Origin: Squalus acanthias | Lineage: Eukaryota | Direction: 5' to 3' | DNA length: 64,000 nucleotides | Assembly (NCBI GenBank): GCA_030390025.1 | Contig: CM059431.1 | Location: forward strand, 136,154,001 to 136,218,000 | Part shown: piece after piece, positions 54,601 to 64,000 of the stretch | Numbering within the stretch: the stretch's first letter is position 1 | How the letters are laid out: each line of letters begins with the position of its first letter | Made by a program: the position numbers and the translations under genes | Notes under the pieces: generated by a model | What the model was told of the DNA's origin: nothing | Databases searched by the model: none | Seen by the model: only the letters and a program-made list of their open reading frames with translations

Positions 54601-57600
54601 AGGATCATCACAGAATACTACAGGAGTAGAATCATCACAGACCACTACAGGAGTAGAATCATCACAGACCACTACAGGAGTAGGATCATCACAGACCACT
54701 ACAGGAGTAGAATCATCACAGACCACTACAGGAGTAGAATCATCAAAGACGACTACAGGAGTAGAATCATCACAGACCACTACAGGAGTAGAATCATCAC
54801 AGACCACTACAGGAATAGAATCATCACAGACCACTACAGGAGAAGAATCATCACAGACCACTACAGGAGTAGAATCATCACAGACCACTACAGGAGTAGG
54901 ATCATCACAGACCACTACAGGAGTAGAATCATCACAGACCACAACAGGAGTAGGATCATCACAGACCACTACAGGAGTAGAATCATCACAGACCACTACA
55001 GGAGTAGAATCATCACAGTCCACTACAGGAGTAGAATCATCACAGACCACTACAGGAGTAGGATCATCACAGACCACTACAGCAGTAGAATCATCACAGA
55101 CCACTACAGGAGTAGAATCATCACAGACCACTACAGGAATAGAATCATCACAGACCACTACAGGAGTAGAATCATCACAGACCACTACAGGAGTAGAATC
55201 ATCACAGACCACTACAGGAGTAGGATCATCACAGACCACTACAGGAGTAGATTCATCACAGACCACTACAGGAGTAGAATCATCACAGACTACAACAGGA
55301 GTAGGATCATCACAGACAACTACAGGAGTAGAATCATCACAGACCACTACAGGAGTAGAATCATCACAGACCACTACAGGTGTAGGATCATCACAGACCA
55401 CTACAGAATTAGAATCATCAGAGATCACTACAGTTGTAGAATCATCACAGACCACTACAGGAGTCGAATCATCACAGACCACTACAGGAGTAGAATCATC
55501 ACAGACCACTACAGGAGGAGAATCATCAGAGACCACGACAGGAGTAGAATCATCACAGACCACTCCAGGAGTAGTATCATCACAGACCACTACAGGAGTA
55601 GAATCATCACAGACTACTACAGGAGTAGAATCATCACAGATCAGTACAGTAGTAGAATCATCACAGATCACTACACGAGTAGAATCATCACAGACCACTA
55701 CAGGAGTAGAATCATCACAGACCACTACAGGAGTAGAATAATCACAGACCACTACATGAGTAGGATCATCACAGACCACTACAGGAGTAGAATCATCACA
55801 GACCACTACAGGAGTAGAATCATCACAGACCACTACAGGACTAGAATCATCACAGACCACAACAGGAGTAGGATCATTACAGACGACTACAGGAGTAGAA
55901 TCATCACAGACCACTACAGGAGTAGAATTTTTCACAGACCACTACAGGAGTAGAATAATCACAGACCACTACAGGAGTAGAATTATCACAGACCACTACA
56001 GGAGTAGGATCATCACAGACCACTACAGGAGTAGAACCATCACAGACCACTACAGGAGTAGAATCATCACAGAACACTACAGGAGTAGAATCATCACAGA
56101 CCACTACAGGAGTAGAATCATCACAGACCACTACAGGAATAGAATCATCACAGACCACTACTGGAGTAGAATCATCACAGTCCACTACAGGAGTAGAATC
56201 ATCACAGACAACTACAGGAGTAGAATCATCACAGACCACTACAGCAGTAGAATCATCACAGACCACTACCGGAGTAGAGTCATCACAGACCTCTACAGGA
56301 GTAGAAGCATCACAGACCACTACAGGAATAGAATCATCACAGACCACTACTGGAGTAGAATCATCACAGACCACTACAGGAGTAGAATCATCACAGACCA
56401 CTACAGGAGTAGGATCATCACAGAATACTACAGGAGTAGAATCATCACAGACCACTACAGGAGTAGAATCATCACAGACCACTACAGGAGTAGGATCATC
56501 ACAGACCACTACAGGAGTAGAATCATCACAGACCACTACAGGAGTAGAATCATCAAAGACGACTACAGGAGTAGAATCATCACAGACCACTACAGGAGTA
56601 GAATCATCACAGACCACTACAGGAATAGAATCATCACAGACCACTACAGGAGAAGAATCATCACAGACCACTACAGGAGTAGAATCATCACAGACCACTA
56701 CAGGAGTAGGATCATCACAGACCACTACAGGAGTAGATTCATCACAGACCACTACAGGAGTAGAATCATCACAGACTACAACAGGAGTAGGATCATCACA
56801 GACAACTACAGGAGTAGAATCATCACAGACCACTACAGGAGTAGAATCATCACAGACCACTACAGGAGTAGAATCATCACAGACCACTACAGGAGTAGGA
56901 TCATCACAGACCACTACAGCAGTAGAATCATCACAGACCACTACCGGAGTAGAATCATCACAGACCTCTACAGGAGTAGAAGCATCACAGACCACTACAG
57001 GAATAGAATCATCACAGACCACTACAGGAGTAGAATCATCACAGACCACTACAGGAGTAGAATCATCACAGACCACTACAGGAGTAGGATCATCACAGAC
57101 CACTACAGGAGTAGAATCATCACAGAATACTACAGGAGTAGAATCATCACAGACCACTACAGGAATAGAATCATCACAGACCACTACAGGAGTAGAATCA
57201 TCACAGACCACTACAGCAGTAGAATCATCACAGACCACTACCGGAGTAGAGTCATCACATACCTCTACAGGAGTAGAAGCATCACAGACCACTACAGGAA
57301 TAGAATTATCACAGACCACTACAGGAGTAGAATCATCACAGACCACTACAGGAGTAGAATCATCACAGACCACTACAGGAGTAGGATCATCACAGAATAC
57401 TACAGGAGTAGAATCATCACTGACCACTACAGGAGTAGAATCATCAAAGACGACTACAGGAGTAGAATCATCACAGACCACTACAGGAGTAGAATCATCA
57501 CAGACCACTACAGGAATAGAATCATCACAGACCACTACAGGAGTAGAATCATCACAGACCACTACAGGAGTAGAATCATCACAGACCACTACAGGAGTAG

Positions 57601-59910
57601 GATCATCACAGAGCACTACAGGAGTAGAATCATCACAGACCACTACAGGAGTAGAATCGTCACAGACCACAACAGGAGTAGGATCATCACAGACCACTAC
57701 AGGAGTAGAATCATCACAGACCACTACAGGAGTAGAATCATCACAGACCACTACAGGAGTAGAATCATCACAGACCACTACAGGAGTAGGATCATCACAG
57801 ACCACTACAGCAGTAGAATCATCACAGACCACTACAGGAGTAGAATCATCACAAACCACTACAGGAATAGAATCATCACAGACCACTACAGGAGTAGAAT
57901 CATCACAGACCACTACAGGAGTAGAATAATCACAGACCACTACAGGAGTAGAATTATCACAGACCACTACAGGAGTAGAACCATCACAGACCACTACAGG
58001 AGTAGATTCATCACAGAACACTACAGGAGTAGAATCATCACAGACCACTACAGGAGTAGAATCATCACAGACCACTACAGGAATAGAATCATCACAGACC
58101 ACTACTGGAGTAGAATCATCACAGACAACTACAGGAGTAGAAGCATCACAGACCACTACAGGAATAGAATCATCACAGACCACTACAGGAGTAGGATCAT
58201 CACAGACTACTACAGGAGTAGAATCATCACAGACCACTACAGGAGTAGAATCATCACAGACCACTACAGGAGTAGGATCATCACAGACCACTACAGGAGT
58301 AGAATCATCACAGACCACTACAGGAGTAGAATCATCAAAGACGACTACAGGAGTAGAATCATCACAGACCACTACAGGAGTAGAATCATCACAGAGCACT
58401 ACAGGAATAGAATCATCACAGACCACTACAGGAGAAGAATCATCACAGACCACTACAGGAGTAGAATCATCACAGACCACTACAGGAGTAGGATCATCAC
58501 AGACCACTACAGGAGTAGAATCATCACAGACCACTACAGGAGTAGAATCATCACAGACCACAACAGGGGTAGGATCATCACAGACCACTACAGGAGTTGA
58601 ATCATCACAGACCACTACAGGAGTAGAATCATCACAGTCCACTACAGGAGTAGAATCATCACAGACCACTACAGGAGTAGGATCATCACAGACCACTACA
58701 GCAGTAGAATCATCACAGACCACTACAGGAGTAGAATCATCACAGACCACTACAGGAATAGAATCATCACAGACCACTACAGGAGTAGAATCATCACAGA
58801 CCACTACAGGAGTAGAATCATCACAGACCACTACAGGAGTAGGATCATCACAGACCACTACAGGAGTAGATTCATCACAGACCACTACAGGAGTAGAATC
58901 ATCACAGACTACAACAGGAGTAGGATCATCACAGACAACTACAGGAGTAGAATCATCACAGACCACTACAGGAGTAGAATCATCACAGACCACTACAGGT
59001 GTAGGATCATCACAGACCACTACAGAATTAGAATCATCAGAGATCACTACAGTTGTAGAATCATCACAGACCACTACAGGAGTCGAATCATCACAGACCA
59101 CTACAGGAGTAGAATCATCACAGACCACTACAGGAGGAGAATCATCAGAGACCACGACAGGAGTAGAATCATCACAGACCACTCCAGGAGTAGAATCATC
59201 ACAGACCACTACAGGAGTAGAATCATCACAGACTACTACAGGAGTAGAATCATCACAGATCAGTACAGTAGTAGAATCATCACAGATCACTACACGAGTA
59301 GAATCATCACAGACCACTACAGGAGTAGAATCATCACAGACCATTACAGGAGTAGAATAATCACAGACCACTACATGAGTAGGATCATCACAGACCACTA
59401 CAGGAGTAGAATCATCACAGACCACTACAGGAGTAGAATCATCACAGACCACTACAGGACTAGAATCATCACAGACCACAACAGGAGTAGGATCATTACA
59501 GACGACTACAGGAGTAGAATCATCACAGACCACTACAGGAGTAGAATTTTTCACAGACCACTACAGGAGTAGAATAATCACAGACCACTACAGGAGTAGA
59601 ATTATCACAGACCACTACAGGAGTAGGATCATCACAGACCACTACAGGAGTAGAACCATCACAGACCACTACAGGAGTAGATTCATCACAGAACACTACA
59701 GGAGTAGAATCATCACAGACCACTACAGGAGTAGAATCATCACAGTCCACTACAGGAGTAGGATCATCACAGACCACTACAGGAGTAGAATCATCACAGA
59801 CCACTACAGGAGTAGAATCATCACAGACCACTACAGGAGTAGAATCATCACAGATCACTACAGGAGTAGAATCATCACAGACCACTGCAGGAATAGAATC
59901 ATCACAGGCC
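51683..59910 (+). repeat. Distal 27-bp satellite array, terminating at ~59910
   Basis: Monomers continue to ...GAATCATCACAGGCC. A diagnostic 28-bp monomer (GAATTTTTCACAG) occurs at ~54170, ~55926 and ~59545. Confidence 0.98.
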
Positions 59911-59928
59911 TGTGAAGGAGATGGGAGG

Positions 59929-59944
59929 GCATCAGGTGGCGCTA
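59929..59944 (+). promoter_or_regulatory. Candidate CTCF-binding motif at the satellite edge
   Basis: GCATCAGGTGGCGCTA versus the CTCF core CCACCAGGTGGCGCT: 13/15 by eye. Motif match only. Confidence 0.35.
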
Positions 59945-60135
59945 TTTGCTCGCCCAGCGGAGACAGAAATCGATGAAGCCAGTTGGTGTTCAGAGGATTT
60001 CCCAGGTGCTATAGTTGAAAAAAGAGGATTAAGGGACACCATTCCCTTCCGCAACCCTCTGTCGTCTCCGACTTTGGAGCCACTAACATGCATGTTTCAT
60101 GTGTCAACGTTAGGTATGGAGAAGGAGCAGTTAGA

Positions 60136-62595
60136 GTCATAGTGTCATGGAGTCATAGAGTTATACAGCATGGATAGAGGCCCTTCGGCCCATCATGTCC
60201 GCGCCGGCCATCAAGCCCTGTCTAATCTAATCCCAGATTCCAGCATTTGGTGCGTAGCCTTGTATGCTATGGCATTTCAAGTGCTCATCCAAATGCTTCT
60301 TGAATGTTGTGAGGTTTCCTGCCTCCACAACCCTTTCAGGCAGTGAGTTCCAGACTCCAACCACCCTCTGGGTGAAAAAGTTCTTTCTCAAATCCCTTCT
60401 AAACCTCCCGCCCTTTACCTTGAATCTATGCCCCCTTGTTATAGACCCCGCTACTAAGGGAAAAAGCTCCTTAGTATCCATCCTATCTATGCCCCTCATA
60501 ATTTTGTACACCTCAATCATGTCCCCCCTCAGCCTCCTCTGCTCCAAGGAAAACGTACCCAATCTGCCCAGTCTCTCTTCATATCTGAAGCACTCCAGCC
60601 CGGGTAACATTCTGGTGAATCTCCTCTGCACCCTCTCCAAAGCGATCACATCCTTCCTGTAGTGTGGCGACCAGAACTGCACACGGTATTCCAGATGTGG
60701 CCTAACCAGTGTTTTATACAGCTTCTTCATAACCTCCTTGCTCTTATATTCTATGCCTCGGCTAATGAATGCTAGTATCCCATATGCCTTTTTTACCACC
60801 TTATCCACCTGTTCTGCCGCCTTCAGGGATCTGTGTACTTGCACACCAAGATCCCTCTGACCCTCCATCTTGCCTAGGGTCTTACCATTCATTGTGTATT
60901 CCCTTGCCTTGTTAGTCCCTCCAAAGTGCATCACCTCTCACTTTTCCGGATTAAATTCCTTTTGCCACTGTTCCGCCCATCTGACCAACCCATCTATATC
61001 GTCCTGCAGACTGAGGCTACCCTCCTCGCTATTTACCACCCTACCAATTTTTGTATCATCCGCGAACTTACTGATCATACCTTTTACATTCATATCCAAG
61101 TCGTTAATGTAGACCACAAACAGCAAGGGACCCAGCACTGATCCCTGTGGTACCCCACTGGCCACAGGCTTCCAGTCACAAAAACAAACTTCGACCATCA
61201 CCCTCTGCCTTCTGCCACTGAGCCAGTTTTGTATCCAATGTGCCAAAGCACCCTGGATTCCATGGGCTCTTACCTTCTTGACCAGTCTCCTGTGCGGGAT
61301 TTTATCGGAGGCCTTACTGAAATCCATGTATACCACATCCACTGCGTTACCCTCATCCACACACCTAGTCACCCCCTCAAAAAATTCAATCACATTAGTC
61401 AGACATGATCTTCCCTTGACAAAGCCATGTTGGCTAACCATGATTAATCCTTGCCTCTCCAAGTGGAGACTAATTTTGTCCCTCAGAATTTTTTCCAATA
61501 ATTTTCCTACCACTGATGTTAGGCTCACTGGCCTGTAGTTCCCCGGTTTTTCCCTGCTCCCTTTCTTGAGTAATGGTACTACATTAGCGGTTCTCCAGTC
61601 CACTGGCACATCCCCTGTGGCCAGAGAGGTTCTGAATATATGTGTTAGAGCCCCCGCAATCTCCTCCTTTGCCTCACACAGCAGCCTGGGATACATTTCG
61701 TCCGGACCTGGGGATTTATCCATTTTTAGACCTGCTAAAACCGCCAATACCTCCTCCCTCTCGATGTTAAAATGTTCGAGTATATCACAGTCCCCCTGCC
61801 CTAATTTTATGTCTGCATCGTCCTTCTCCATAGTGAAAACAGATGCAAAAAAATCATTTAGAACCCCACCTACATCTTCCGGCATCCTCACACAGATTGC
61901 CACTTTTGTCCCCAATGGGCCCTATTTTTTTCCTAGTTATCCTCTTACCCTTAATATACTTATAAAACATCTTAGGATTTTCCTTTATTTTGCTCGCCAG
62001 TGTTATTTCATGGCCCCTCCTTGATCTCCTAATTTCTTTTTTAAGTATCCCCCTGCACTTTTTGTACTCCTCTTGGGCTTCCTCCGTCTTTAGCATTTTG
62101 TATCTGCCAAAGCCCTCCTTTTTTTTCCTGATCCATTCTCGTATATCCCCTGACATCCAAGGTTCCCTGGGGTTTTTGGATCAACCCTTGACCTTTACGG
62201 GAATATGCTGCCATTGTATGATCTCAATCTCCCTTCTGAAAGAATCCCATTGCTCCGATGTGGATTTTCCTGCAAGCAGCTGATCCCAGTCAATTTTGGC
62301 CAGATCCTGCCTTATCCTATTAAAATCGGCCTTCCCCCAATTTAGAACCTTTATTTCCGGCCCATCCCTGTCCTTTTCCATGACCACCTTAAATCTCACC
62401 GTATTATGGTCACTGTCACCAAAGTGCTCACCTACTGACACTTCTTCCACTTGGCCGGCCACATTCCCTAGATTTATGTCCAGTACCGCCCCCTCTCTTG
62501 TAGGACTTTCTACATGCTGGCTCAAAAAGCTCTCCTGGATGCACTTTAAGAATTCCGCGCCCTCTAAGCCTTTCACACTCTGACTATCCCAGTTA
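60136..62595 (-). mobile_element. CR1-clade LINE (CR1-3, a more divergent subfamily), 5'-truncated within the endonuclease domain
   Basis: Degenerate (CATAGAGT)n tail on + at ~60132-60161, inner GGCC-CTTC-GGCC hairpin at 60179-60190, RT and partial APE ORFs. Flanked by the 8-bp direct repeat CAGTTAGA (60128-60135 and 62590-62597). Confidence 0.94.
60227..62595 (-). pseudogene. CR1-3 ORF2 remnant (C-terminal APE, linker, reverse transcriptase)
   Basis: Broken ORFs 62576-62181 (SPTREGAVLD, DSDHN), 62156-61854, 61915-60938 (KSPGPD, QHGF, GVPQGSVLGP, KFADDTK) and 60934-60227, separated by stops or frameshifts. Confidence 0.93.
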
Positions 62596-62761
62596 GATGC
62601 CCCTTCGGCTCCTCAGACGCACGTCACCCCGCAACATTTCACTTATATTCCGGTCATGCGGGGAGTGGGGGGGAACAGGTTCGGACGGACAAGGCGAGAG
62701 CATGATCATGAATCTATGGATCTTCCACTCCCCATGGAGGTCATGAAGGAACACTAGTGGC

Positions 62762-62940
62762 CTAGAAATTTGTCTCGGTCGGTGACGAAAAACGGGCGGT
62801 ATCGGATTGGTCGCCCGTTATAGGCAGCGCCTGAAATTCAGTTCTATTGCAGTCCATGGAAATGAATATCGGACATTGCGTATAATGGGCACTGATCCGA
62901 TACCACACATTTTTCGCCACCACCCGAGACGAATTTCTAG
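62762..62940. mobile_element. Foldback (fully palindromic) MITE-like non-autonomous DNA transposon
   Basis: Left arm CTAGAAATTTGTCTCGGTCGGTGACGAAAAACGGGCGGTATCGGAT... aligns with the reverse complement of the right arm CTAGAAATTCGTCTCGGGTGGTGGCGAAAAATGTGTGGTATCGGAT... Pairing continues to a centre at ~62850. No TSD identified. Confidence 0.7.
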
Positions 62941-63047
62941 TTTAAAGTGGTTTGGGGGATTGCCGGCATGAGCCAGGAGGGGTAAAGTTACAGAATATGA
63001 GAGATATCCTTGATGAAGTGGGACCTGCACCGCTTCAGGATCTTAAT

Positions 63048-63227
63048 GGGCCGGTATTCCGATCCCTACGGGTGGGTACGCACTGTGTACCCACCCGTAG
63101 GGACATCGGAAATGCCGGTTTCAGGCATGCACTGTGCATGCACTGGAAACCGCCATTTCCGATCTGTCAAGAATGGTCTTGACAGATCCTGCGGCTGCCG
63201 GGGAGCAGGGCCTCTCTGGGCAGAGAG
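63048..63227. other. Cluster of four inverted repeats, possibly a fragment of a non-autonomous DNA element
   Basis: Perfect 16-bp stem at 63064-63102, ~28-bp imperfect stem at 63105-63163, perfect 12-bp stem at 63161-63188, 7-bp stem at 63212-63227. Confidence 0.7.
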
Positions 63228-63324
63228 TTCCACCTTTTGGAGACCCTCCGCCCACAGAAAACCCTGACAATTCTTACACGAAATTTGAAAAATCACGTTG
63301 GACCAACTTTGACGAGCAAAACTC

Positions 63325-64000
63325 AAAAATGAGAGGGACGGACTGAAACCAATCAGTATTTGTAGGGAAATGGTGTTAGCGAAATTGATGGGATTGAAGG
63401 CCGATAAATCCCCAGGGCCTGATAATCTACATCCTAGAGTACTTAAGGAAGTGGCCCTGGAAATAGTAGATGCATTGCCGATCATCTTCCAAAATTCTAT
63501 AGACTCTGGAACAGTTCCCATGGATTGGAGGGTAGCTAATGTAACCCCACTATTCAAAAGGTGGTAGAGAGAAAACGGGGAATTATAGACCGAGAAGCCT
63601 GACATCGGTAGTGGGGAAAATACTGGAGTTCATTATAAAAGATGTAATAGCAGAGCACTTGGAAAACAGTAACAGGATCGGACAAAGTCAACATGGATTT
63701 ACAAAAGGTAAATCATGCTTGACTAATCTACTGGAATTTTTTGAAGATGTAACTGGTAAAATAGATAAGGGAGAACCAGTGGATGTGGTGTATTTGGACT
63801 TTCAGAAGGCTTTCGATAAGGTCCCGCATCAGAGATTAGCGTGTAAAGTTAAGGCACATGGGATTGGGGGCAAGGTATTGACTTGGATAGAGAACTGGTT
63901 GGCAGACAGAAGGCAAAGAGTTGGAATAAACGGGTCTTTTTCCGAGTGGCAGGCAGTGACTAGTGGGAAAACCGCAGGGATCAGTCCTAGGACACCAGCT
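63325..64000 (+). mobile_element. CR1-clade LINE fragment (CR1-4), 5'-truncated ORF2 RT region, runs off window end
   Basis: NERDGLKPISICREMVLAKLMGLKADKSPGPDNLHPRVLKEVALEI..., frameshift near 63560, then QSQHGF, YLDFQKAFDKVPH. Highly similar to CR1-1 and CR1-2. 5' boundary is approximate. Confidence 0.92.

Noticed and set aside
1..59910. Mucin-like Ser/Thr-rich gene (ESSQTTTGV repeats) or giant DDSTPVVVC / IITDHYRSR proteins
   Set aside because: A 27-bp monomer is stop-free in three frames by construction. The Ser/Thr frame is repeatedly broken by TAA/TGA. There is no signal peptide, unique domain or exon structure. The array is interrupted by LINEs and occurs in both orientations.
1..59910. 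CRISPR array (27-bp repeat near RT and nuclease ORFs)
   Set aside because: Repeats are head-to-tail with no unique spacers, there are no cas genes, and the RT/endonuclease is a eukaryotic CR1 ORF2.
49551..62583. Short ORFs antisense to CR1 ORF2 (e.g. 49956-50174, 50292-50660, 60264-60662, 61566-62024)
   Set aside because: They are shadow frames opposite the LINE coding strand, with no independent motifs.
63081..63136. V(D)J recombination signal heptamers (CACTGTG twice)
   Set aside because: No GGTTTTTGT-like nonamer at 12- or 23-bp spacing, and no Ig/TCR segment nearby.

Overview
Eukaryotic repeat-rich DNA, vertebrate and probably cartilaginous-fish-like judged only from the CR1 families. 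No host gene is supported. About 54 kb is a 27-bp tandem satellite (consensus ATCACAGACCACTACAGGAGTAGAATC) running from 1 to ~59910. It has two variant domains (left, <~26.8 kb; right, >~31 kb), several higher-order duplications, and a central pure-consensus block that may be an assembly artefact. The very long ESSQTTTGV, DDSTPVVVC and IITDHYRSR ORFs are satellite read-through. Four CR1-clade LINE copies are present. CR1-1 (4329-10208, +) is near full length with an intact zinc-finger/SGNH-esterase ORF1 and a dead APE-RT ORF2, in which ~220 bp has been replaced by ~2.1 kb of inverted satellite. CR1-2 (49459-51682, -) and CR1-3 (60136-62595, -) are 5'-truncated. CR1-4 (~63325 to the window end, +) is a fragment. 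Beyond the array end are a CTCF-like motif, a 179-bp foldback MITE-like palindrome and a dense hairpin cluster. The best leads are: (1) a canonical -1 slippery heptamer at the CR1 ORF1/ORF2 overlap, with no ATG for ORF2; (2) sequence kinship between the satellite monomer and the CR1 3' terminus; (3) a microhomology-flanked satellite capture inside the LINE whose variants match the array 25-50 kb away rather than its flanks.
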